A stretch of 64,000 nt of DNA from Nitrospirota bacterium (GTDB taxonomy: Bacteria > Nitrospirota > UBA9217), in NCBI GenBank assembly GCA_963749655.1, contig CAVVOB010000020.1:100961-164960 (forward strand), written 5' to 3'. This document shows positions 9,616 through 19,292 of the stretch, piece by piece. Every line of letters begins with the position of its first letter. Positions within the stretch are counted from its first letter, which is position 1. The position numbers and the translations under genes were made by a program. A model generated the notes under the pieces. The model ran no database searches. It worked only from the letters and a program-made list of their open reading frames with translations, and had not been told where the DNA came from.

Positions 9616-11436
9616 TCAATCCAATTCGAATTCCCGCCGCCAGTCGGAGTCATCCTTCAGCTCCGGCTGCTTCGTCTTGTCCAGGACATAGGAGCCCATG
9701 ACCAGGTAATCCATGTGCGTTCTCATAAAGCACCGGTAGGCGTCTTCGGGTGTGCAGACTATCGGCTCCCCCCGCACATTGAACGACGTATTGATAATGA
9801 CGGGACATCCTGTCTTCCCGTAAAATTCTTCCAGCATCGAATGGTAGAGCGGGTTTGTTTCCTTATGTACGGTCTGGATGCGGGCTGAATAGTCGACATG
9901 CGTAACGGCGGGGATGACGCTGCGCCGGATGTTCAGTTTGTCGATCCCGAAGAGCCGTTCTTCCTCCGCGGTCATCTGCCGCTGCTTGTCTTTTGTTACG
10001 TCAGCGACCAGCAGCATGTACGGGCTTGCGCGGTCAATGTCAAAATAGTCAGAGACCTTTTCAGCCAGCACCGACGGCGCGAAGGGCCTGAACGATTCCC
10101 GGAACTTGATCTTCAGGTTCATCTGGGCCTGCATCGTGGGAGAGCGCGCGTCGCCGATGATGCTCCTGGCGCCCAGCGCCCGGGGGCCGAATTCCATGCG
10201 TCCCTGGAACCACCCGAGGACCTTGCCCTGCTGCAACAGGTCGGCGGTGACGGCCGGTATCCGCTCTTCGGGATGTTTTTCAAAGGGAATCGCTTTCGAT
10301 TTCAGGAACTCTTCGATTGTCTCGTCCGGGAAGACCGGCCCCAGATAGGAGCCCCGCTGAGAGTCCCTGCCCGGAACCACGGTCCTCGCATGGCCCAGCA
10401 CGCGGTGCCAGGCAAAGAGGGCCGCACCCAGAGCGCCACCGGCATCGCCCGCCGCGGGCTGGATCCAGATGTCGTCGAAGATGCCTTCGCGCAGGATCTT
10501 CCCGTTTGCAACGCAGTTGAGGGCGACGCCCCCGGCGAGGCACAGATATTTCCGTCCTGTTTCCTTCCTGACGTGGCGGGCGATCCTGAGCATGATCTCC
10601 TCGGTCACCTGCTGCACCGAGGCGGCCAGGTCCATCTCGCGCTGCGTCAGCCGGCCTTCCGGCTTGCGCGGCTCGCCTCCGAACAGATCATGAAAACGCC
10701 CGTTGGTCATCGTGAGGCCGGCGCAATAATTGAAATATTCCATGTTCAACTTGAACGACCCGTCGCTCTTGAGATCGAGGAGGCGGTCAAATATCAGATT
10801 CGCATACTTCGGCCGCCCATAGGGGGCCAGCCCCATGACCTTGTACTCTCCGGAATTGACCTTAAACCCCGTGTAGTAGGTGAAGGCCGAGTACAGCAAA
10901 CCCAGTGAGTGCGGGAAATGGAGTTCGTGACGGATGTCGAGCTCGGAGCCCTTACCGGTGCCCCAGCTCGTTGTCGTCCATTCCCCCGCGCCGTCGATCG
11001 TCAGGAAAGCGGCCTCTTCGAACGGGGAAGGGTAGAACGCGGAAGCCGCATGGGACTCGTGGTGCTCCGGGAACAGGAGCGTCCCCTGGAATCCCTGCAG
11101 CTCCTTCTTGATCTGCTCGGACATCCATAATTTTTCTTTCAACCAGAGCGGCGTGGACATCAGGAAGGACCTTATTCCCGAGGGGGCGTAGGCCAGCTGC
11201 GTCTCCAGGATGCGCTCGAATTTGATCAGGGGCTTCTCGTAAAAGACGGCATAGTCCAGGCCTTCGATAGAGATGCCCCCTGCGCGCAGACAGTACGCCA
11301 CGGCATGCCGGGGAAAGTCGGCGTCGTGCTTCTTCCGGGTGAACCGCTCTTCCTGCGCCGCGGCAACAATTTCGCCGTCGCGGACAAGGCAGGCAGCGCT
11401 GTCATGATAATATGCGGAAATGCCGAGGATGTTCAT
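9616..11436 (-). CDS. O-carbamoyltransferase (NodU/CmcH/SxtI family)
   Basis: ILGISAYYHDSAA, EHHESHAASAF, GEYKVMGLAPYG, GPRALGARS, NTSFNVRGEPIV. Confidence 0.95.
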   Translation of the reverse strand: MNILGISAYYHDSAACLVRDGEIVAAAQEERFTRKKHDADFPRHAVAYCLRAGGISIEGLDYAVFYEKPLIKFERILETQLAYAPSGIRSFLMSTPLWLKEKLWMSEQIKKELQGFQGTLLFPEHHESHAASAFYPSPFEEAAFLTIDGAGEWTTTSWGTGKGSELDIRHELHFPHSLGLLYSAFTYYTGFKVNSGEYKVMGLAPYGRPKYANLIFDRLLDLKSDGSFKLNMEYFNYCAGLTMTNGRFHDLFGGEPRKPEGRLTQREMDLAASVQQVTEEIMLRIARHVRKETGRKYLCLAGGVALNCVANGKILREGIFDDIWIQPAAGDAGGALGAALFAWHRVLGHARTVVPGRDSQRGSYLGPVFPDETIEEFLKSKAIPFEKHPEERIPAVTADLLQQGKVLGWFQGRMEFGPRALGARSIIGDARSPTMQAQMNLKIKFRESFRPFAPSVLAEKVSDYFDIDRASPYMLLVADVTKDKQRQMTAEEERLFGIDKLNIRRSVIPAVTHVDYSARIQTVHKETNPLYHSMLEEFYGKTGCPVIINTSFNVRGEPIVCTPEDAYRCFMRTHMDYLVMGSYVLDKTKQPELKDDSDWRREFELD

Positions 11437-11475
11437 TCTAGACTCCCTGATACGTGCAAATGCCTTTCGATGCCG

Positions 11476-12525
11476 CTACTGCGCGCCGGTTTTCATATAC
11501 CGGTAGATAGTTTCAGCCGCCAGTCTGTGACCGTCCTTCGTCCAGTGAGGGTCTTCCCGAAAGTACAGCTGCGTCATTTTGCTGTTTCTGAATGCCGGCA
11601 GGAGTGGCAGCGTGGGAATCTTTTCCGTCTTGCCGAATTCCGTGAAAATGTCGGAAAACTTGGTCATGTTCCTGTTGAAAAAGTCGTCGTTGAAGGCATG
11701 CCCGAGCCCTTTTTTCTCCCATTCCGCTTTGCTTATTTCAAAACAGCTCGGGATGATCACCATGAGGGTTTTTGCCCCTGCTGTTTGATCGAGGTCGCGA
11801 ATCCGGGACAAATAGTGCTTCGTTGTTTCGAGCGCACGGGCAAATTGAGGGCTGTGCTGGTCCTGGTATATTGCAAGAAGTTCTTTTCTGAAGTCCTTTT
11901 TGAACGTGTGATAAGAAAGTATCTGCAAACTCCTCAGGTACGAGAGAAAATAGAAGTAGTTCTTGGACTTGGTTATCATGAGCGCAAAAGGAATGCCGTT
12001 CATGACGTCATCCACGTCATTGCTGTTGAGGCCCACAATGACCATGTCCGGCTTGTATCGGGGAAGCAGCTCCTGAAGGTATAAATACTCCTGATCAGTG
12101 CCGTAGCCGTCGACGCCGGCATTGACGACTTCATATTTTTTTGAGCCCGCGCCCGCCGCGCTGCTGTTGAGCAAGGCCTCCAGAACTTTGGGAAATGTTT
12201 CCTCGCTGTTGACACCGCGGCCGAGAGTAAAAGAATCACCTACTACCAAAATGCGGAATGTCATGGCGTCCTTTGTCGCCTGGTATTCGTGATCCCGCAA
12301 CCCCTCGGAATTAATCCTGACGTGCGAGTCGAATTCATTGGTCCGATGGTCCATTTCAAATTGAGGGACTAGCCGGTATCCCAGTTTATTGTCAGGCTGG
12401 TGCATGAGCCGCAATTTTACGCTGTTCGGCACGATCAGCCTGGTGACGCCTTCTGCCGCCAGAAAAAGAAAAATCAAGGTGCAAATCAAAACAAAAGCGT
12501 TGGTCAACCATCGCTTTATGGTCAT
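11476..12525 (-). CDS. SGNH/GDSL hydrolase-family protein with N-terminal TM anchor
   Basis: GDSFTLG, NAGVDGYGT, DPHW. Confidence 0.85.
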   Translation of the reverse strand: MTIKRWLTNAFVLICTLIFLFLAAEGVTRLIVPNSVKLRLMHQPDNKLGYRLVPQFEMDHRTNEFDSHVRINSEGLRDHEYQATKDAMTFRILVVGDSFTLGRGVNSEETFPKVLEALLNSSAAGAGSKKYEVVNAGVDGYGTDQEYLYLQELLPRYKPDMVIVGLNSNDVDDVMNGIPFALMITKSKNYFYFLSYLRSLQILSYHTFKKDFRKELLAIYQDQHSPQFARALETTKHYLSRIRDLDQTAGAKTLMVIIPSCFEISKAEWEKKGLGHAFNDDFFNRNMTKFSDIFTEFGKTEKIPTLPLLPAFRNSKMTQLYFREDPHWTKDGHRLAAETIYRYMKTGAQ

Positions 12526-12748
12526 CGGACCCCTCCCTGAAATGTGCCCGTTTGCGCAGTTCACTGCTCGCGTTCGAGCGAATCCCTTGTACGTGATGCA
12601 AACAGCCCGGAACCTGCCTCGTTTTATCCGCGCGCCCTCCGGTCTGCAACAGTTTCTGCAGTGCGGGTTTATTACTCTTTTTTGTCGTAAAACAATACCT
12701 ACTGCCGGTTATCGGAGTTTCGCTTCAAGGGCTCTTTAATAAATTTCA

Positions 12749-14290
12749 TCAGACCGCTTTCAGCTGTTCCCCTGCTACATATTCCCTGCTCCCGGCCGCC
12801 GAGTATTCCTGGAGCGCGATATTGAACGTAGCAACGGCCATGCTTGCGTAGAACCAGCAGCTCGTGGTGTTGTATTCAAAATCGACAAGTCCATGAAATC
12901 CCATCGCAATAAAACCGCCCAGGAAGGCGAAGGACATTATCTGAATGTAGGATGTTTGCTCAGTCAGCGCCACTTTAAATTTTCTGATCATGATGAGAAA
13001 AGCGGACAGAACCAGCGTGACGCCGATGAGTCCGAAATCGAACAAAACGGAAAAATAGATGCTGTGAGCATGCGGGGCCTGGGACACGTACTTAAGATTG
13101 CCGACGCCGAGGCCCTGAACGGCGACTTTAATGTATTTTTTGAAGCTTCGGATCCAGAGGTTCATCCTTCCGTGAACGTTGCTGGAGCCCTGGCCCGGGT
13201 CGACCACATCTCCGCTTTCCACGGCTTTTCCGCCCAGGACTACCAGACGCATATCAAAATCCGTTTTTTTGTAGTAATTGAAAGCTGCGTTAAACACGAG
13301 GGCAAGCAGTATGACGCCAACCGGGAAAAAGACGAGTATCAACGCAAAGTATTTCCTCAATCGTTTTAAGAGCAGGAACGTGCCCAGCATCATGAAGATG
13401 AGGCTCCCGACGCCGGCTCTGCTTTCGGTCCGGATACAGACCGACATTATAAGAAAGACAGCGAGCAGAAGAAAAAGCCTTTTCCCCCTCCCGGTTTCGG
13501 TTAAAAGCAATCCCAGGGCTATGGGTATAGTAAGGTTGATAAGAAACGCAGTTTCGTGAAAATCCTGCAGGCCACAGGGTTGTCGCGGCCAGCCGGAAGG
13601 CTGAAAAAATCCGCCCAAGGCGCTCATATAAAAAGTTATATTGGATGTTATCGAGTAAGAAAGATTGATGGTGTGAATGAAATACATGCTCACCGCAATA
13701 AGTCCCTGCAGCGTCATCGACAGCACCCAGCACCACATGAGCCTTCTATGGGATTGCCTGTCCTGCACCGTACCGACCACCAGGGCGAACAACATGATAT
13801 TCATCGCCAAAAGAACGAACTGGGAGAGGCCATGCTGCATGATGTCCGTCCAGGATATCGAGGCTGCCGCATAAGACAAGAAGAGAACCAGGGGCACGGC
13901 AGCCGGATTTTTTATCCATGCCTTCGGGATCTTGGCCAGTATCATTATGGTGAGACCAAAGAAGGCGAGCGCCACCACGGGAAGAAACACCGGCAGCATG
14001 TCGATCGGTTTCTTTCCGATGATAAAGTTCCATTTCCCGTAAATCGCCACATAGGTCGTAGCCGTGGTGACGGGAACAAAGAAAGCCAGCAGGTAGGCGC
14101 CGACGCGGGGTTTCAGGACAAGGACGGCCGTGAGGAAAAGGATCGCCAGGATAATGGGTGCGTAATACCAGGGCGCAAAAATATTGGCCACCGCGGTAAT
14201 GACAGCCACGAACACAAAAGCCAGCAACCAGAACACTTTTTCCAGAGGCTGCTGATCGAAATATTGCGTAATGATCAAGGGTAGTGCCAT
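12749..14290 (-). CDS. O-antigen ligase/Wzy polymerase family membrane protein
   Basis: Many TM helices, TESRAG, GRMNLW...GLGVGN...HAHSIY...GLIG. Confidence 0.8.
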   Translation of the reverse strand: MALPLIITQYFDQQPLEKVFWLLAFVFVAVITAVANIFAPWYYAPIILAILFLTAVLVLKPRVGAYLLAFFVPVTTATTYVAIYGKWNFIIGKKPIDMLPVFLPVVALAFFGLTIMILAKIPKAWIKNPAAVPLVLFLSYAAASISWTDIMQHGLSQFVLLAMNIMLFALVVGTVQDRQSHRRLMWCWVLSMTLQGLIAVSMYFIHTINLSYSITSNITFYMSALGGFFQPSGWPRQPCGLQDFHETAFLINLTIPIALGLLLTETGRGKRLFLLLAVFLIMSVCIRTESRAGVGSLIFMMLGTFLLLKRLRKYFALILVFFPVGVILLALVFNAAFNYYKKTDFDMRLVVLGGKAVESGDVVDPGQGSSNVHGRMNLWIRSFKKYIKVAVQGLGVGNLKYVSQAPHAHSIYFSVLFDFGLIGVTLVLSAFLIMIRKFKVALTEQTSYIQIMSFAFLGGFIAMGFHGLVDFEYNTTSCWFYASMAVATFNIALQEYSAAGSREYVAGEQLKAV

Positions 14291-14301
14291 AATAGGTTTT
14301 T

Positions 14302-15891
14302 CTATTCCATCTCTTCTATCAAAACGGGTATATTCGCAAGGTCCAGCGTCACCGATCCATCGGAGGCGAGGAGCGTCTTTTCCGCAAATGCAGTCGCATA
14401 CGCTGTCACCTCTTTCCCTGAGGACCCATTGGGGACAAGATTTATGATCCGCGCTCTCCGTGAGCCGATCCCCTGGACAGTGATCCTTTGCGGCCCAGGA
14501 TTATCGTTCCAGGCAATCCAGAGGGGCCTGTTCTTCCTGAGAACCTTATAGAGATAAATTCCGTTTGCTTCCTGCCGCGCCTGCAGGGATTTCCATGCAG
14601 ATCCATCCAGGGTTTCAACCATCTTTTTGAACGTATAGTAGGCAAGTTTCTTGTGGGACTCCCCGTTGTTCAAAGGATTGGTAATCAATCCGTAAAAGTT
14701 GAAGGGATTGCCGGGGTCCCCCCCCATATTATGCCGTTCGAAAATTTCGTTCCAGAATATTTTGGTGACGCCCTGGGCCAGGGAATAGATATAAATTTTG
14801 ACCAGAGCCGCGGCCTGCTGCGCTTCCGTTTGAGGTTCAAAATGTATGAAGGACAGCGGGGTTCCCGCGGGGTAATTCGGGCTGCCGGAATAGGTGGCGG
14901 TCTCCAGAAACACGGGCATTTTCCTTATATCGATCCCGTAGGATGAAAGCACCTTCCCATAAACGTTCATCTTGTCTTTGATAAAAAGGTAATCCGCCGC
15001 CACATAATGGTGCTGTTTGAATGCAAAGGCATCAAAATAGCCGGCGGCGCCCGCATCCAGCATCTCCGTTAGAAAAGCGACATTCTGGGTGTTTCCTTTT
15101 ATTTCACGGCCGAACCCCGGCAGGCCGCCCAGCACTATTTGAAAATTAGGATTGACGCTTTTCACCGTTTTATAGGTCACCTTGAGGAGCTCCGCATACT
15201 CTTTCGCGTATCCTTTCCAGCCCATCGGGGGTTTCATTCCTCCCGGTTCCGTTTCAACTTCGAAATAGGCGACTCGGTTCCCCAGTTTTTCAATATGCTG
15301 CCGCAGCGCAGCGGTATATTTTCCGTAATCGATGTCGGGAGGACGTACGCCGCCTTCACGGCCGATCCTCGAATATATCGAAATCCCAGCAGGTACGGAT
15401 TCTATTTCCATCGGCATTGCCTGGACCCAGGTTGCGCCTATATCCAGCAGATAGCCGTTGATTTTGTCCTTCGTCATGACGTCTCTGCTATCCATCTGGA
15501 ACTCGTAGGGGCCGAAAATTCCGAAGGGCGAGTCGTTGAAGGTTCCTGCGGCAAGCGGCGCCGCTCTGACGACCGGCGCAGGCGCGGCGAAGCCGGGTTT
15601 GCTGGCCTGTTCGCTCTTGACGCCTGCATTTTGGCGCAAGAGGGTGATCGCCTTGCGGAGCAATGCAGCGGCTTCGTCCTTATTTCCTGCTGCGAAGGCT
15701 TTTCTCGATTGCTCGTCAAGCTCACTCGCTCTTGAGACATCAACCCCCCGTGTCCTCTGCTCCCCGAGGAGCTGTTGAACTTCCGTAGCCAGCGCCCTCA
15801 AGTCATCGGACTGCGCGAGAGATGCCCGCATGGGCAGGGCGCTCAAAAGCAGGAGAATGATCCCTGAACAAAGCAATCTACGCATTCGCAT
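14302..15891 (-). CDS. Exported glycoside hydrolase-like protein (clan GH-A/GH39-like TIM barrel)
   Basis: Signal peptide; SPFGI, YFEVETEP, YAELLKVTY..VK..NP...IVLGG, YGLI...KLAYY. Confidence 0.65.
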   Translation of the reverse strand: MRMRRLLCSGIILLLLSALPMRASLAQSDDLRALATEVQQLLGEQRTRGVDVSRASELDEQSRKAFAAGNKDEAAALLRKAITLLRQNAGVKSEQASKPGFAAPAPVVRAAPLAAGTFNDSPFGIFGPYEFQMDSRDVMTKDKINGYLLDIGATWVQAMPMEIESVPAGISIYSRIGREGGVRPPDIDYGKYTAALRQHIEKLGNRVAYFEVETEPGGMKPPMGWKGYAKEYAELLKVTYKTVKSVNPNFQIVLGGLPGFGREIKGNTQNVAFLTEMLDAGAAGYFDAFAFKQHHYVAADYLFIKDKMNVYGKVLSSYGIDIRKMPVFLETATYSGSPNYPAGTPLSFIHFEPQTEAQQAAALVKIYIYSLAQGVTKIFWNEIFERHNMGGDPGNPFNFYGLITNPLNNGESHKKLAYYTFKKMVETLDGSAWKSLQARQEANGIYLYKVLRKNRPLWIAWNDNPGPQRITVQGIGSRRARIINLVPNGSSGKEVTAYATAFAEKTLLASDGSVTLDLANIPVLIEEME

Positions 15892-16021
15892 GGTTGGAAC
15901 CTCCGTTACTCCAAAAGCATCCGCAGGGCAGATCCGTCGGCAAAATCAGCATCGGTTGCCGGAGGCATCATTGCAACAGCGGAATATATATGCGGTCGCC
16001 CAGCTCAGGCCGGGGGACCGC

Positions 16022-17518
16022 TTATGCTTTGCCGGCCGAGCCTTTCAAAAGCTGCTTCACCTGCCGGAGAAAAAGGTACAGCCACTTGAAAAAGGGCTTC
16101 AGGATGCCGCTGTTCAGAATATTCACGACCGGGAAGCTCACGAGAATTCTGAGCAGCGGACCGGGAATCTTCCCCTCTTTGGACAGCGTTATGAGCATGT
16201 TCAGGTAGTTCGGCTCCCGCATGGCGTAGCTTTTTGCATAGACTTCTTTTCTTTCGTCCTGGACTTTGCCGTCCCGCTTCGCCATCTCATGCAGTTTTGT
16301 TCCGGGATAGAGTACAAGCGCAAACGGCTGGAGATGAAAAGGCTTGGGGAACCGGGAAATCAATTTCAGGCTTTCGATCACGTCCTCGTCAGTTTCGTAG
16401 GGGACGTCGAGGATAAAGTCATAGCTCGGGGGAAGCATTTTATCGCGGTATTGATTGATGATGTGCACCGCCTTCAGGATCTTTTCGTTCGTCATTGACT
16501 TGCGGTTGAAGAGCTCCTGAATTTTGGGGCTGCCGGACTGGATCCCCATCTGGAGGTACATCATTCCCGCATCCACCAGCAGCGCCATCTTTTCCTCGTT
16601 CACCGTGAGCGGGCTTGCGAGGCAGCTGAACGGCAGTCCGATTTTTTCCTTGTACTCGCGGCAGAATTCCTTCAGGACCGTGATGTTGCGCGCGAAAAAA
16701 GCGTCGTCGGAGAGCCAGATGAAGCCCACAAAGGGCATGTTTTTCTTCACCCAGAGCAGTTCTTCCATGACGTGGTCCGTGCTCCGCCACCGAAGATAGC
16801 CCTGGCTGCCGTAAATGGTTTTAATCGCATCGTTAATGCAGTAGGTGCACTGATGGGGGCAGCCCCTGCCCGTCATCGTCTGGTACCCGATCTTGTGCAC
16901 GTAGCGCGAGAGGACGCCTCCCTCCATGAACTGCCGGGTCAGTTCCGCTGTTACGCGCTGGATGCGGCCGTCGATCAATGCGTACTGGTCCTCGAGGCTG
17001 TAATCGGGCAGGGGATAAGAATCCAGATTGGTATTCAGGGGCCTGACAGGATTTTTGATGATCCGTCCGTCCGCCCGCATCCATATATTCGCCGTCGAGG
17101 AATAATCTTTGCCGGCTGCCATTTTTTCAGCGAGTTCCAGCAGGGCCTCCTCGCCGTCGCCGACGCACACCAGATCGGCATGCTGCAGCGATTCCTCGGG
17201 ACGGATCGTGGGGTGCACGCCTCCCCAGATTACGGGTGTTTTGAGGTCCCGCTTGATCCGCTCGGTCACCTGAACGGCGCCGTCGAAAAAATTGGTCATC
17301 AAGGTTATGCCGATCAGGTCCGAGTCCCTGCAAAGGGAGACGGTCTCGTTCAGGATGTCATCCTGGTATCTCTTGACGCCGAAGTGAAGATTGTCGCCGA
17401 AAGGATCGGGCAGAAAAATCATCCTCGTCGTGTGCCCGTTTTTCTTCAGATATGAGGAAATAGTGCGCAGTCCGAAAGACGTCAGGTCGGGGTACAGCGA
17501 AATCAACGTTATCTTCAT
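16022..17518 (-). CDS. B12-binding radical SAM protein
   Basis: WGGVHPT...GDGE cobalamin-binding domain; GRGCPHQCTYC. Confidence 0.9.
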   Translation of the reverse strand: MKITLISLYPDLTSFGLRTISSYLKKNGHTTRMIFLPDPFGDNLHFGVKRYQDDILNETVSLCRDSDLIGITLMTNFFDGAVQVTERIKRDLKTPVIWGGVHPTIRPEESLQHADLVCVGDGEEALLELAEKMAAGKDYSSTANIWMRADGRIIKNPVRPLNTNLDSYPLPDYSLEDQYALIDGRIQRVTAELTRQFMEGGVLSRYVHKIGYQTMTGRGCPHQCTYCINDAIKTIYGSQGYLRWRSTDHVMEELLWVKKNMPFVGFIWLSDDAFFARNITVLKEFCREYKEKIGLPFSCLASPLTVNEEKMALLVDAGMMYLQMGIQSGSPKIQELFNRKSMTNEKILKAVHIINQYRDKMLPPSYDFILDVPYETDEDVIESLKLISRFPKPFHLQPFALVLYPGTKLHEMAKRDGKVQDERKEVYAKSYAMREPNYLNMLITLSKEGKIPGPLLRILVSFPVVNILNSGILKPFFKWLYLFLRQVKQLLKGSAGKA

Positions 17519-17567
17519 AGTCGGGGCTCCTTTTCATTGCGCTGGCGTCCTGTTGCCGCCATCATGC

Positions 17568-19271
17568 TTAAAGATAGCCTAAATTCTTCAGGTTATCCTC
17601 GATCTTCTTCTGTTCTTCCTCGGAATAGTCGATATTTTTTGCCTCCGCCGCAGACCGCTCAGCTTCCTTATGCTGAATGCCGTGGGAGCGGACGAAATCC
17701 TCGGAGATGATGGTCTGCAGAACTTTGCCGTCCGTTCCGGCAGGAATCGGCAGGCCCATCAGATAGAGAATGGACGGAGCCACATCGATGATCTCAGCCT
17801 CCGTTGTCACCGTATTTCTCCTGATTTGAGGACCGCTGACGATCAGCACGCCGTCATCAGAGTGCTCTCCCGACCACTGGACCCGCCCGAAGTCGATCGG
17901 GGGAATGGATACCGGTTTCCCCTGAAGATCGGTGCAGACAATTCCGCTGATCACGACGTCGTCCGCCCAATTGACGATCAGGTCGGGAGCGCGATCAACG
18001 TATTCTCCCTGGTAGACATCTTCACGCTTCAGCACTTCCTTGACGATCCTTTTCCCTGTTCTCGCATCCTTGCTTTCAAGGAGTTTTGCTATGATCTGAT
18101 CGCGTACCTGGTCGTACTCCCGGCCCGGCGGGACAGCCCCCTGTTTTTCCCTTCCTTGAAGATTGATCATCAGGTTCGGACCGGCCGTATATGCCTTTGT
18201 CTCGGGCCAGTCATAGGCAGCCAGCTGGGCGGCCGAGATGACTTCGAATCCGGATTTTTTCCAGTGGAGCACCTTTTTCAACAGCTGCCTGGTACGATAA
18301 CTGAGCAGCGAATACAACTTATCGGTGATGAGCTCCTTCAGCTTCGGGAGCGTGCGCGGCCGCGCTGGACGCCACGCCCGCCCGGGCGCATTTCCTTCGC
18401 CCCCGATCTTGGCGAAGCCGACCATCTGCAGCCATTGGGGAAGATAATTCGCACCGAGGGAGTTGGCCGTTGCTCCGTGGTCGGACATGATGACTATGGT
18501 CGCGTCCTCGCCGAGTGACCGGGTTATATCGCCGACTATGTCGTCGCATTTCCGGTATACATCGAGGATGGTAGCGCCGTACTTTTTCGCCTCAGCAGGG
18601 ACGTAGCCGGGGTGGTTTTTGTCGAGCAAATGCCAGAAGTGGTGCTGTGCCTCGTCGGTGGCCGTGAAAACGGTTACGAACAGGTCCCAGTCTTCCTTCT
18701 GGAGCAGATGCTTTGATACAGCCCATCGCACTTCAAGAACTCGGTGGATGTCCTGAATGACGCGCTCAGGCTCATTTCTCCGATATTTCTTAATGCTCGG
18801 CGTGAGCGGGTAGTGCTTGAATCGAGCGAGGATCTCCCGTATGAGCTGCGGGGGATGCGTGAAGCCCTCGCTCTCGGTCGACGGCGCGTCCCATCCTGCA
18901 ACCATGCAGCCGTTGACGTTATCGGCCGGGTAGGTGGAAGGAACGTTGATGACGCAGACCCTCTTGCCCGCCTTGCTGATTTGCATCCAAAAAGGCGCTT
19001 CCTTGCGGTGGGTGGCATTGATCATTTTCACCTTAAAGGTGGACGGGTCGATTGAAAAAAAGTGGTGAATGCCGTGCTTGCCCGGATTCATTCCCGTAGC
19101 AAAGGAAGTCCATGCCGCGGGACTGATCTTCTCGGGCGTTGATTTCAAAGCCCCGTAGCTTCCCCGCTCCATCAGCCGGGCGATGTTCGGCAGTTTGCCC
19201 TCTTTGACCCACGGCAAGATCAGGTCTAATGTGGCCCCATCAAGGCCGATAACAGCGACTTTGCGTTTCAA
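17568..19271 (-). CDS. Alkaline phosphatase superfamily (type I phosphodiesterase-like) protein
   Basis: IGLDGAT, SPAAWTSFATGMNPGKHG, TDEAQH, MSDHG, GEH, LKNLGYL. TTG start. Confidence 0.88.
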   Translation of the reverse strand: MKRKVAVIGLDGATLDLILPWVKEGKLPNIARLMERGSYGALKSTPEKISPAAWTSFATGMNPGKHGIHHFFSIDPSTFKVKMINATHRKEAPFWMQISKAGKRVCVINVPSTYPADNVNGCMVAGWDAPSTESEGFTHPPQLIREILARFKHYPLTPSIKKYRRNEPERVIQDIHRVLEVRWAVSKHLLQKEDWDLFVTVFTATDEAQHHFWHLLDKNHPGYVPAEAKKYGATILDVYRKCDDIVGDITRSLGEDATIVIMSDHGATANSLGANYLPQWLQMVGFAKIGGEGNAPGRAWRPARPRTLPKLKELITDKLYSLLSYRTRQLLKKVLHWKKSGFEVISAAQLAAYDWPETKAYTAGPNLMINLQGREKQGAVPPGREYDQVRDQIIAKLLESKDARTGKRIVKEVLKREDVYQGEYVDRAPDLIVNWADDVVISGIVCTDLQGKPVSIPPIDFGRVQWSGEHSDDGVLIVSGPQIRRNTVTTEAEIIDVAPSILYLMGLPIPAGTDGKVLQTIISEDFVRSHGIQHKEAERSAAEAKNIDYSEEEQKKIEDNLKNLGYL

Positions 19272-19292
19272 AGCATGTTCTCCTTGTCAGAA

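Noticed and set aside
9017-11436. Saxitoxin biosynthesis
   Set aside because: Only sxtIJK-like genes are present; there is no sxtA/G/B, and the context is glycan synthesis.
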